Origin: a virus | Lineage: Duplodnaviria > Heunggongvirae > Uroviricota > Caudoviricetes | DNA: 43,067 nucleotides | Reading direction: 5' to 3' (one strand) | IMG/VR virus record: IMGVR_UViG_2657244961_000008 | Coordinates: 1-43,067 of that record | Shown here: positions 10,600-19,328 of the stretch, in pieces | Layout of the letters: each line of letters begins with the position of its first letter | Position numbering within the stretch: position 1 is the first letter of the stretch | Notes under the pieces: generated by a model | What the model saw: only the letters and a program-made list of their open reading frames with translations | Database searches by the model: none | Told to the model about the DNA's origin: nothing | Translations under genes and position numbers: made by a program

Positions 10600-13500
10600 T
10601 GCATAATCCTCCGTCCCGACGTGATGACTGCATAATTGACACAACCCTGCTGTCGATCAGATCCACCAGTCCCCTGGCTGAGCGCGCATCTATCTCGCCA
10701 TTGCTCCCTTGATTCTGAATGCTGATGTGATACACGGGAGAATAAACAAATCCACCGCCACCATTCACATTTCCAATGGCCCTGACCCCAAGAGAGCCGT
10801 CCGCTGCCCGTGTCAGTGGCATGATTGCTTCAGGCCCGGCCTCGCCCATCAACCCGGCACCTTTCGCAAAAGCAAAATACGTCGGTGTATCCACAATAGT
10901 GTTACTGTAAGCACTCAGATTTGCCGATGTATAAACACCACCTTTTGCGTTTGCCACTGCACCGGACAGCCAGTCGCCGACTGTACCAAGCCATCCTCCG
11001 GCACCGGACATGCTTTTGGAAAGTGACTTCAGCCCGTTAACGATGGCAGCGTTCATCAGAATTTTTGAAACTTCCTGGAGAATTGAACTCCCCCAGTTTC
11101 TCCAGTCCACAACATTTCCGGCCAGTGCATCGGAAATATTTGATACCAGCCCGTCCATAGTGGAAACGACAGCATCTGCCGCCTGCGAAGCATAATCAGT
11201 GGCACTGTCTGCCCAGTTCGTCAGCCCCTCCTGGAGTCCGGCATTCCAGTTACTGCGTAAAGCATCAGCCTTTGCATAATAATCCTGCTGATCGCTGAGA
11301 CGCTCTTCCAGATATTTTTTATTCAGTTCTTTCTCCTGTTTCCACAGGGCTTCTTCAATTTCTCCGGCCTGATACTGTCTCAGCAGCTCGTTATTTTTCT
11401 GCTCAAACGCCTGCCGGATACTCCACATTTCCTGGAGTCGTTCACGCATCCGTGAGCCTTCACCATATCCCAGCAACTGCGCGTCGTCAGATGCCCGGGC
11501 GCTGGCATTACTGTCCGCCAGACTGCTTTCATACGCGGCAAGCTGCTCACGAATCTTTTTCTGGTCGATGAGTGCCGCATTCTGTAAAAGCGTTTTTTTC
11601 TGCGCTTCTGACAGGGTTGATAATTCGCCCTGACTGACCTGATATTTCATCTTAGCCAGTTCAGTATTCTGCCCTGCCAGTGCTATTTGTTCTTTTTGCT
11701 GTTTAATCAGCCGTTTATAAATATCTTCTGTTTTTTCCGCTTCGGTCTTTTTATGCGCTTTGGGTTTATTTGCCTGGTTATTTCGCCAGGCATCCAGTGA
11801 GTTATTGATATAATTCTGTCTGGCTGTCTGATACGCCTCTCCCACAAAGCCGAGATCATCCGCAGCATAACCCAGTCGGGCACGCTCACGGGCTTCCCCC
11901 TTCAGGCGGGACAGAGCCAGTTCGCGCTCGCTGTTATTCAGTGCGGTCTGCTGTTTATCATCCAGGGTTGCCTGTGGTAGCCGTAATGGTGCATTCACCA
12001 GCCCCTGTCGCTGCTGAAGTAATTCATTACCAAGCCCGAGAAGACGATTAAACTCGGTATGCTGCCCATTCATGATCAACAGGGACTGATACGCTTTGTT
12101 TTGTTCCGCCGCCTGTTGACGGATCAACGCCACCCGTCGCTCCTCCAGCCCGGCAAGCACATCCTGAATAGATTGCGCTTTGCCCTGCATTTGAGTGAGG
12201 CGAGACTGTTCAACTGCCAGTTGATTTGTTGCTTCTGCAAGCCCTTCTGTGACAGTTTTCACCGACGTCATATGGTTAATCATAAAACCGTTATCGGTTG
12301 TCCAGCCCGGGTTTGCCAGCACATACTGATAGCCAGCAATTTTTTCCTGTAAGGATTTAATCTTACTTTTCTGCTCGTCAATTAACCTGTTTTGCTCATC
12401 AAGTGCCTGCCGCGTCTTTTCTTCATTATCTGACGTTTCAGGAAGCGACATTGCCGACGTTTTCTGGCGAATTTCGTCGATTGTTGCGGCATACTGGCGT
12501 GCAGATTCTCTGGCCTGCTCCTGATTCTGATACATCGTGTACCAGGCCGTCGCCCCCAGCATGACGAGTCCCGGCACACCACCAACCAACCCCAGCGCAC
12601 CACTTAACAGACGACTCCCCACTGACGTGACAGTATTCAGCGTTGTCTGTGCCGCTGTTCTGGCCGCAATATTACGGGTAAGTGACGCCTGGGCAGCTGT
12701 CAGCTTCGCTTCTGCTGCGGCCTGCCTTTCGGTACCGCGAGCAGCAACAACCGCCTGTTGCGCACGATAAACCGCCGCACGCGCCCTGGCGGTTGCTATC
12801 TGTGTCCCCCGAAGTTGCGCTTCAGCAAGAGCCACTTCGTTTCTGGCTGCAGTAATTAATCCGGCAGTTGCAGATCCAGCAGACGACGCCATATTGCCAA
12901 AATATCGGGCTACCCCGACGGCAACCAGTGCGCCAGCTGCAGCAGCCACGGTATCAATATTGTCTGCAACACCATTCAACACCCCGGTGAGTGTCTTTGT
13001 CACTCCGCTTGCCTCGTTCGCACCACCAACCCAGGCCATAAAGGCGTTTTCAACTTTGGTTGCAGAGGATGAAACAGTATCAGGCATTGCTGCATATTCA
13101 TCACGCAACGCCCCAAGCTGACTAATCAGTGCAGGAACAACCTTATCGGCGGTCAGTTTTCCGTTATCCGCCATGGCCTTCAGATCTTTACGGGCAACAC
13201 CCATTCCCGCAGCCAGCGCACGAATAACACGATCGCCGTTCTCATTCACAGAGTTAAATTCTTCACCGCGCAGCACTCCCTGCGCCAGTGCCTGACTGAA
13301 CTGCGTGATCACCGAACTGGCTTCTGCTGTACTGGCACCGGATAATTTCAGGCCCGTGGAGATCGCCTCGGTGACTTTCAGTACCTCCTCAGAACTGTAG
13401 CCATACTCCCGCATGGAAGCTGCAGAGCGGGCAAAAAGGCTGGCGTTATCAGAAAACGCCGTTCCCGTTCTCTGGCTGATTGCCATTAATTCACGTTGTG

Positions 13501-13837
13501 ATACCTGAAAATCATCACTGGACTGTGAAGCCTGCTTCAGACGGGCATTTACTGAATTCCACTCATCGGCGAGAGAAATAAGATGACCGGTAGCAAAAGC
13601 TCCGGCAAATGCCCCCGCCATATTCAGTGCCGAAGATTTAGCTGTATTTATCTGATCCGTCACTTCTGCCAGTGCACGCCGCATTTCACGGGATGCAGCA
13701 GCGGACTGCCGGCCTCCGTTCTGCATGGTACGGTAGTAATCCTGCCCCATACGCGAAGCCCGGGAGATCTCTGACTGGAATGACCGGGAATTTGCCGAGA
13801 TTTTAATAATCAGTTCACGTAATGTCGCCACACTCAT
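10592..13837 (-). CDS. H: tail tape measure protein H
   Basis: 1081 aa, coiled-coil/Ala-Gln-rich, in the canonical position after G-T. Confidence 0.9.
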   Translation of the reverse strand: MSVATLRELIIKISANSRSFQSEISRASRMGQDYYRTMQNGGRQSAAASREMRRALAEVTDQINTAKSSALNMAGAFAGAFATGHLISLADEWNSVNARLKQASQSSDDFQVSQRELMAISQRTGTAFSDNASLFARSAASMREYGYSSEEVLKVTEAISTGLKLSGASTAEASSVITQFSQALAQGVLRGEEFNSVNENGDRVIRALAAGMGVARKDLKAMADNGKLTADKVVPALISQLGALRDEYAAMPDTVSSSATKVENAFMAWVGGANEASGVTKTLTGVLNGVADNIDTVAAAAGALVAVGVARYFGNMASSAGSATAGLITAARNEVALAEAQLRGTQIATARARAAVYRAQQAVVAARGTERQAAAEAKLTAAQASLTRNIAARTAAQTTLNTVTSVGSRLLSGALGLVGGVPGLVMLGATAWYTMYQNQEQARESARQYAATIDEIRQKTSAMSLPETSDNEEKTRQALDEQNRLIDEQKSKIKSLQEKIAGYQYVLANPGWTTDNGFMINHMTSVKTVTEGLAEATNQLAVEQSRLTQMQGKAQSIQDVLAGLEERRVALIRQQAAEQNKAYQSLLIMNGQHTEFNRLLGLGNELLQQRQGLVNAPLRLPQATLDDKQQTALNNSERELALSRLKGEARERARLGYAADDLGFVGEAYQTARQNYINNSLDAWRNNQANKPKAHKKTEAEKTEDIYKRLIKQQKEQIALAGQNTELAKMKYQVSQGELSTLSEAQKKTLLQNAALIDQKKIREQLAAYESSLADSNASARASDDAQLLGYGEGSRMRERLQEMWSIRQAFEQKNNELLRQYQAGEIEEALWKQEKELNKKYLEERLSDQQDYYAKADALRSNWNAGLQEGLTNWADSATDYASQAADAVVSTMDGLVSNISDALAGNVVDWRNWGSSILQEVSKILMNAAIVNGLKSLSKSMSGAGGWLGTVGDWLSGAVANAKGGVYTSANLSAYSNTIVDTPTYFAFAKGAGLMGEAGPEAIMPLTRAADGSLGVRAIGNVNGGGGFVYSPVYHISIQNQGSNGEIDARSARGLVDLIDSRVVSIMQSSRRDGGLCSA

Positions 13838-13845
13838 TCTCCGGA

Positions 13846-13872
13846 CGAAAAAAAACCGCCGAAGCGGTTTTT
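13846..13872. terminator. bidirectional-looking intrinsic terminator between the moron and H
   Basis: Hairpin AACCGC-CGAA-GCGGTT (13854..13869) flanked by A8 (13848..13855) and T5 (13868..13872). Confidence 0.55.
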
Positions 13873-13879
13873 GTATTCT

Positions 13880-14224
13880 TTAAAGAAGTCCGGCCTTACG
13901 CCTTGCTTCCTGAAGATATTCATCATCCGTTTTTTGTGAAACGGAACTATCTGCATTGCAAATTAAATCACTACCGCAATGCTTACATTTAATAGCCTCT
14001 TCTTTGATCAACTCCGCACAGTAAGGGCATTTCTTCATGCCATTGCTTACCATTTGTTGTTCATGTGCCTTCTCATCTCTTTGGATTACTAGCGAATGAA
14101 CCAGAGCAACAATAAAGATCATCGCACCATATACCCACCATCCTAAAAATGAGCGACCTTTGCTTTTCGCAATAATAGCTGGAATTAGTCCCAAAACTAT
14201 TGAAATAAGTAAAAATTCCATCAA
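13880..14224 (-). CDS. moron: small membrane protein with C-terminal zinc ribbon, function unknown
   Basis: 114 aa with two N-terminal hydrophobic helices and a CPYC...CKHC motif. AT-rich by inspection, with its own promoter-like sequence (TTGACT...TTTATT), an AAGGA RBS and a terminator. Confidence 0.6.
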   Translation of the reverse strand: MMEFLLISIVLGLIPAIIAKSKGRSFLGWWVYGAMIFIVALVHSLVIQRDEKAHEQQMVSNGMKKCPYCAELIKEEAIKCKHCGSDLICNADSSVSQKTDDEYLQEARRKAGLL

Positions 14225-14278
14225 TGTTTCCTTACTTTCTCAATAAAATGGGAATAATAATCCAGTCAAGTGAAAAGA

Positions 14279-14590
14279 TCATCGAGCTGCAACAAATAAT
14301 GCCTTCTCAATCTCAGCAAATGGATCTGAGGTGCCTTCTGTCTGCTCCTTCTCCCACTGAAGAAGCGCATCATTCAGTGGCACTTTGACCCCCTGCGCAC
14401 CGTAAACAGCTGAAACTATCTGGGCAGCCCGGATATCAGCCCGCTCGTCACCCAGCGGGCTGAACCTGTCAAATTCTGCCCACATCATGATTTCTGATGC
14501 AGACATTTCCCGGCGTAACTCTGACAATGTGCGCCCCATCCTGAGCGCCAGCATCATCAGAAAACGCATCCCCGGAAGCGCTACTTTTTT
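14279..14590 (-). CDS. T: tail assembly chaperone T segment, expressed as a G-T fusion by -1 frameshift
   Basis: 96-aa ORF in the -1 frame relative to G, directly downstream of the slippery site. The frame arithmetic was checked by hand. Confidence 0.7.
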   Translation of the reverse strand, partial: KKVALPGMRFLMMLALRMGRTLSELRREMSASEIMMWAEFDRFSPLGDERADIRAAQIVSAVYGAQGVKVPLNDALLQWEKEQTEGTSDPFAEIEKALFVAAR

Positions 14591-14967
14591 TTAACCTCAC
14601 CGGCATCACTGATCAGTTCCAGAGACTGCCGAAGAAGCCGCGCATGCACCGGGCCATACACGGCAATCACCTGTTCACGATCATCCTCTGAAAATACAGG
14701 TTGCAGTCCGGTATCACACAGAACATCAATGAACAGTTCAACATCTGCCTCCAGATTTCGGCGGGCGCGCTCCGCAACGGATAACGGTGTCTCATCATCT
14801 TTTGCTTTAACGATCTCCTGCCAGCGCAACCAGGCTTCTGCAGAAGGTTCCCGTAATACAACCGTTGCCCCTTCCCATTCAGGCACATCAACAGTTTTAT
14901 GGCGAAACCCCGACATCGTTGCCAGTGCCAGATTACGGATATTTTTAGTCATCACATCTATCCTCAT
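14581..14967 (-). CDS. G: tail assembly chaperone G
   Basis: 128 aa, acidic, ends GEVKKK. Lies between V and T. Confidence 0.8.
   Translation of the reverse strand: MRIDVMTKNIRNLALATMSGFRHKTVDVPEWEGATVVLREPSAEAWLRWQEIVKAKDDETPLSVAERARRNLEADVELFIDVLCDTGLQPVFSEDDREQVIAVYGPVHARLLRQSLELISDAGEVKKK
14584..14590 (-). promoter_or_regulatory. programmed -1 ribosomal frameshift slippery heptamer A AAA AAG
   Basis: Minus-strand sequence GTT AAA AAA AAG TAG at the end of G. The heptamer is of the dnaX type, and a -1 slip continues into the T frame (K-K-V-A-L-P-G-M-R-F...). Confidence 0.65.
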
Positions 14968-15671
14968 TAACTGACGGTAACAGTGCAGGAAGTGGAGGTC
15001 ACCTTGTTAACCGGGCTTGCTGAATCAGAAATCTCGCAGGTATATGCACCCGCATCACCGGATACTGCGGATGCCTTACTGAACGTTGCCGCCGTCTGTC
15101 CGGAAACAGGAGAACCACCTTTCTTCCAGACATAAGAATAAGGCGGCACACCACCGGCAGCCTCAACCGCCATTTCAAGTTTCGCTCCGGCAGAAACCTG
15201 CAGCGTGCTGTTTAAATCGACCTTCACTTTTAGCGGCTCTGTCGTCAGCACAGGTTTACCTTTCAGACGCAGGGAAAACGTTGCAGCCACAACACCATTG
15301 GTTCCTGCAGACCAGGTATGCTGACGCACCTCTGCCATAAAGGTAAATCCGTTGCCTGACGGAAAAATAACTTTAAAGCCATACGTGGTGTCATTGTCAT
15401 AGGCACTGCGCAACGCGTTCTGGGCAGCATTGAGGTAAAAGTTGCCTGACATGGAAATCTCTGACGCGGCACCAAGGCCGTTAATATTTTCCTGCTCAAC
15501 AGAACACAGCGTGGTGACATCAATATCCTGCTTTTGTCCTGCGGTAAACTGCACCTCTTTAATCGTACAGCTCAGTTCAAGAAAACTGGCAGAACTCAGC
15601 GTTTCTGCCGTTACCGGCGCAGACGAGATCATGACTTTGGTCTGCTGAGAACGTTCAAAATTAGAGGACAT
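14967..15671 (-). CDS. V: major tail protein V with C-terminal Ig-like domain
   Basis: 234 aa. C-terminal segment GGVPPYSYVWKK...AYTCEISD is typical of a Big_2/Ig-like domain. Confidence 0.85.
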   Translation of the reverse strand: MSSNFERSQQTKVMISSAPVTAETLSSASFLELSCTIKEVQFTAGQKQDIDVTTLCSVEQENINGLGAASEISMSGNFYLNAAQNALRSAYDNDTTYGFKVIFPSGNGFTFMAEVRQHTWSAGTNGVVAATFSLRLKGKPVLTTEPLKVKVDLNSTLQVSAGAKLEMAVEAAGGVPPYSYVWKKGGSPVSGQTAATFSKASAVSGDAGAYTCEISDSASPVNKVTSTSCTVTVS

Positions 15672-15685
15672 ACTCGTCTCCTGAA

Positions 15686-15710
15686 AATAAAAAAACCCGC
15701 CAGCGGCGGG
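15686..15710 (-). terminator. hairpin plus T-run between the U-like gene and V
   Basis: Stem CCCGCC/GGCGGG (15696..15710) followed on the minus strand by a T-rich run (plus AAATAAAAAAA, 15686..15695). Confidence 0.4.
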
Positions 15711-15731
15711 TGGGTAAAATCATTAACGATC

Positions 15732-16076
15732 TCAGGCTATTACCTGAAATTCAAGCGTGGCTCTGCTCAGACGGGAATCAGGATCATAACCCTGCGTTTT
15801 AGAAATAACGGAGGGTGCCAGTTGCCTTACCGCATCAAGCGCCTGCTCACGGATATCATCTGCGTCATCAGGTACTGTCGCCCAGACATCGATCTGCACG
15901 GTAATTCTTGATTCAGCCTGACCATCAAGCACATCAGATGCCGTGTCAGACACCACAGAAAACACCAGCCATGGCGGAGATACCGCAGGCTTTCCCTCCG
16001 TCAGCGGGACCACATAAGGATAAACCTGTCCTCCGGCCAGTTGAGACAGCAGTGAATACAGTGTGGTCTCTCTCAT
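15732..16076 (-). CDS. tail terminator protein (U-like)
   Basis: 114 aa immediately upstream of V. Called by position and size only. Confidence 0.55.
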   Translation of the reverse strand: MRETTLYSLLSQLAGGQVYPYVVPLTEGKPAVSPPWLVFSVVSDTASDVLDGQAESRITVQIDVWATVPDDADDIREQALDAVRQLAPSVISKTQGYDPDSRLSRATLEFQVIA

Positions 16077-16522
16077 TTACTTAAGACCTCATCAATAGCC
16101 TGATTCATTCGCTGTATGGCAATCTGTGCTGCCAGTTCCTCTGTCGTATCGAAAGCCGGGCGAATGAACGGATGCGCGGGCATGTTTATCGTTCCCAGCT
16201 CCACAAAGCGCCAGTAAAACGCATTACGGGGATCGCTGGCTTTCATGCTGTTATCACTGTTTCCGGTTCGCAGGTTCCGTCCACGAATGTGGACACCCGA
16301 GATAATTTCCCCCCGACGCTTTGAACGCTGAGTGAGAACAACCACATTTTTCTTCAGTTTCCCGGTTCGCTCCGGCGCACGTTCAACAACTGCATCCCGC
16401 ATAACTTCAGCACCGGCACGGGTGGCATCGCGCAGCACCTTATTGTTTTCTGCCCTGCTGAGCGTCTCCAGATCCCGTGCAATATCCGCCAGACCTGAAA
16501 AATCAAGACTGAAATCCATCAC
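16073..16522 (-). CDS. HK97 gp10-like tail completion/neck protein
   Basis: 149 aa with a 4-nt overlap to the neighbouring gene. Position matches the HK97-type head-tail gene order. Confidence 0.55.
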   Translation of the reverse strand: MMDFSLDFSGLADIARDLETLSRAENNKVLRDATRAGAEVMRDAVVERAPERTGKLKKNVVVLTQRSKRRGEIISGVHIRGRNLRTGNSDNSMKASDPRNAFYWRFVELGTINMPAHPFIRPAFDTTEELAAQIAIQRMNQAIDEVLSK

Positions 16523-16857
16523 ACATTCCCCTTCTGAGAACAGAGTATCTCAAGCCGGGTGGCACGGGCATCCGGTATCGGCGGACCGTCTATACTCAGA
16601 ATCGCGCCTTTGAATGCGCCAGTCAGCACTTTCAGACATGAAGTTGCTGTCACATCTCGCCGGAATCTCATCCAGACCCTCACTGTAGCCTGAGCAGTTT
16701 CTGCGCCTCCGGATATTCTCTCCCTGCCACTGATCCCCTTAACTTCTGCCCATATGGTTGCCCCTTCCGTCATTGTTTCCACAGGGTGCCCTGATGGAGA
16801 CCGAACGGTGGTGGCATTCAGAATAACCACACGATCACGTAATCTTCCTGCCTGCAT
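16519..16857 (-). CDS. head-tail joining (head closure) protein
   Basis: 112 aa. Called by position in the HK97-like connector block. Confidence 0.55.
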   Translation of the reverse strand: MQAGRLRDRVVILNATTVRSPSGHPVETMTEGATIWAEVKGISGRERISGGAETAQATVRVWMRFRRDVTATSCLKVLTGAFKGAILSIDGPPIPDARATRLEILCSQKGNV

Positions 16858-16865
16858 GAATCCTC

Positions 16866-17171
16866 CTATGTCCCGGGATGAAACCGATACATCCGCAGTC
16901 CGGTATAGAAAAAATCAGGCACTGCATCCTGCATTTCCCTGTTCTCGTACCAGTAGCCAACCAGTTGCATAAGACGCAGTTTTATCAGAGGTGTTATTAC
17001 AAGCCCGGTCGTATCCTGCTCAGAAACAGTTTCATCGTAAAGCGTCCGGTTTAAAAACTTTTCAGCCTCTTCCCTGGCGGCAGCCAGATACATCATAAGA
17101 AGAGAATTCTCCTGTTCATTGTCATCATCAATCCGGCACTGAACACGAAGCTCTTCCAGAGTGGGCATCAT
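16866..17171 (-). CDS. gp6-like head-tail connector protein
   Basis: 101 aa. Called by position downstream of the major capsid gene. Confidence 0.55.
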   Translation of the reverse strand: MMPTLEELRVQCRIDDDNEQENSLLMMYLAAAREEAEKFLNRTLYDETVSEQDTTGLVITPLIKLRLMQLVGYWYENREMQDAVPDFFYTGLRMYRFHPGT

Positions 17172-17182
17172 TTGGGCAACCT

Positions 17183-17371
17183 CTATGAATGCTGTTTTTT
17201 AGACTTATCAGCCCCCCGCGCAACAGGTGTTCTCTTTTCAGAGACAATCCCAGCTGCAGTGGCAATTTCGCGTACCCGTTCGGGTAATTCTTTATCTTCA
17301 TACTCACCGGCCCGAATAATCTCAACACGCATACCGTCCGGTGACCATTTCAGATCTTGTTTCAGGATCAT
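17183..17371 (-). CDS. small hypothetical protein
   Basis: 62 aa with an AGGTGA RBS 7 nt upstream. Follows a GC hairpin downstream of the capsid gene. Confidence 0.4.
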   Translation of the reverse strand: MILKQDLKWSPDGMRVEIIRAGEYEDKELPERVREIATAAGIVSEKRTPVARGADKSKKQHS

Positions 17372-17421
17372 GATTCTTTCACCTGTCAGAACAGGGGCGC
17401 ACTTCTGCGCCCCCTGAATGA

Positions 17422-18627
17422 TTACGCCGCTGCAATCTTCAGCAGTTTGATGGCCTGCGAATCGACCAGCATGCCGCCGGTGCGCTTGGTGGTATAAAAA
17501 CCGACAAACGGTTTATTGGTGTACGGGTCACGCAGAATGCGGGTACCGATACGGTCAACGATGGTGTAACCCCGTTTGAAGTTACCAAATGCAATGGCTT
17601 TCGCATCAGCGGCAATATCCGGCATCTGTTCGTTTTCAGCGATACCGTAACCCGCCAGAGAGGACGGCTGCCCCAGCTCCAGCCCCGGACGCCACAGATA
17701 GTTACCCTCTGTGTCTTTCAGCAGACGAATGGCAAACAGGCTGTTGTTGTTCATCATGAACTTCGCGCCGGTGCGGTGTGCCTTACGCAGCGTGTAAATC
17801 AGTTTGATAATGGCATCTGCAGTCACTGCCGTCGCTTCGCCGGATACAATATGCTGAAGTTTGCCGAACGCCCGGATCTTGTCGGTTTCATCAGTGGATT
17901 CATACGCCAGGAACCCTTTCGGCTTCTTGGTACCATCGCCGGTGGTAAAGGCAATTTCTTCCTGTTCGGCAAATTCGGTTGCCAGCTCGCTGTTGATCCA
18001 GGCCTCCACGTTGAAAAAGGCATCATCCAGCATTTTCTGGGTGGCCTGCGGGTTACCGTAGATTTCCCCCATGAAAGGTTCAATCAGTCCCAGTTTTGAG
18101 GTGGCAGTCTGGGAGCGCGCGTCAGTCTCGCCAACCCATCCGGAAGCCGTGCCGCCCAGATTCACCAGTTTTTTGTAGTCGGAACCGCCAACGGTGATCA
18201 CCGTGGCTTCCTGGCGCATCACCACTTCATCTTTCAGCAGGTTGAGAATGTTGCGATCCAGTGCTTCCGGCACGGCATAGCCACCGTCTTCATCGGTGCC
18301 CACCTGCAATGCCTTACGCTCCAGATCGCGCAGACCGTCTTCACGGCCTTTACGCAGGAAGCCCACAAACGCCTCTTTATGCTCGGTGGCCAGTTTATTT
18401 TGCGCACCACCTGCCGGACGTTTCAGCTCAAGCAGCTCTTTTTCAAGGTCGCTTTTGAGATTTTCCAGCTCACTGAGTTTCCCGTTCAGGGTTTCCACCT
18501 GCCCGGCAAGCTTGCCTTTTTCCTGCTCAATCGCATCCACGCGCTTGTCGTTCTTTGCCTTGAAGTCGTCAAACTTCTGCTGCAGCTCCTGCGCGACCTG
18601 TTCGACATCTTTAATATCAACCGCCAT
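17422..18627 (-). CDS. major capsid protein, HK97 fold, with N-terminal coiled-coil delta domain
   Basis: 401 aa. N-terminal 100 aa are coiled-coil. Follows the prohead protease gene. Confidence 0.9.
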   Translation of the reverse strand: MAVDIKDVEQVAQELQQKFDDFKAKNDKRVDAIEQEKGKLAGQVETLNGKLSELENLKSDLEKELLELKRPAGGAQNKLATEHKEAFVGFLRKGREDGLRDLERKALQVGTDEDGGYAVPEALDRNILNLLKDEVVMRQEATVITVGGSDYKKLVNLGGTASGWVGETDARSQTATSKLGLIEPFMGEIYGNPQATQKMLDDAFFNVEAWINSELATEFAEQEEIAFTTGDGTKKPKGFLAYESTDETDKIRAFGKLQHIVSGEATAVTADAIIKLIYTLRKAHRTGAKFMMNNNSLFAIRLLKDTEGNYLWRPGLELGQPSSLAGYGIAENEQMPDIAADAKAIAFGNFKRGYTIVDRIGTRILRDPYTNKPFVGFYTTKRTGGMLVDSQAIKLLKIAAA

Positions 18628-18641
18628 CGTATTTCTCCTGA

Positions 18642-19328
18642 TTAGAAGTTCAGATTTTTCAGTGCATTCAGTGCAGAGCCCACATCCTCAGCGTCGCGCA
18701 GGGACAGTGCGCCATAGCCCCCGGCCATGAATGCTTTGGCCTGGGTACGGGAGAGTCCGACATCACGCAGGACTCTTTCGATTTTTTTCTGTTCGGGGAT
18801 TTCCCCGCGGGCCAGTGCGTTCTTGACGTCGCTGATCCGCGCCTCGTCGTTAGACGGGAACGTCACCAGGCTGACTTCCCAGAGGTCGATTTCTTTCAGC
18901 AGAAAGGCTTCTTTGCTCCTGTCGTATTCCCAGTCTTTCAGGACGTACCCAATAGAAAGGCCGGTTAACGAACCGGCCTTCATGTGTGCATGTGCGCGTT
19001 TTGCGAGGGGATCATCATCAATAAGCAACCGTCCCCTGACGTAAAGCCCGACATCGTCTTCCTTCATTTCGGTGTAAACACCGATGGGTTCATCCATGCG
19101 GTGCTGCCAGAGCAGCGCAGGTAACGCTTTTCTGTCACTCCACGCCCGCAGGGAAGCAGCAAATGCCCCGGACATCACCACATCATCGTGGCTGTCCTTT
19201 ACACCAAAGACGGAGCCATACCCTTCAAACTCACCGGAGTCACTGACAGATTTCAGACTCAGCGGTACATCAAGACGTTGTTTCGTCTGCATTGGCGTTA
19301 TCCTTCTGCTTACCGGCTTTACTGCCAT
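18642..19328 (-). CDS. prohead protease (HK97 family)
   Basis: 228 aa between portal and capsid. The start overlaps the portal 3' end, so the true start may be an internal Met. Confidence 0.8.
   Translation of the reverse strand: MAVKPVSRRITPMQTKQRLDVPLSLKSVSDSGEFEGYGSVFGVKDSHDDVVMSGAFAASLRAWSDRKALPALLWQHRMDEPIGVYTEMKEDDVGLYVRGRLLIDDDPLAKRAHAHMKAGSLTGLSIGYVLKDWEYDRSKEAFLLKEIDLWEVSLVTFPSNDEARISDVKNALARGEIPEQKKIERVLRDVGLSRTQAKAFMAGGYGALSLRDAEDVGSALNALKNLNF

Noticed and set aside
18296-18730. 144-aa plus-strand ORF antisense to the major capsid gene
   Set aside because: Ser/Cys/Phe-rich junk translation opposite a strongly supported capsid ORF.
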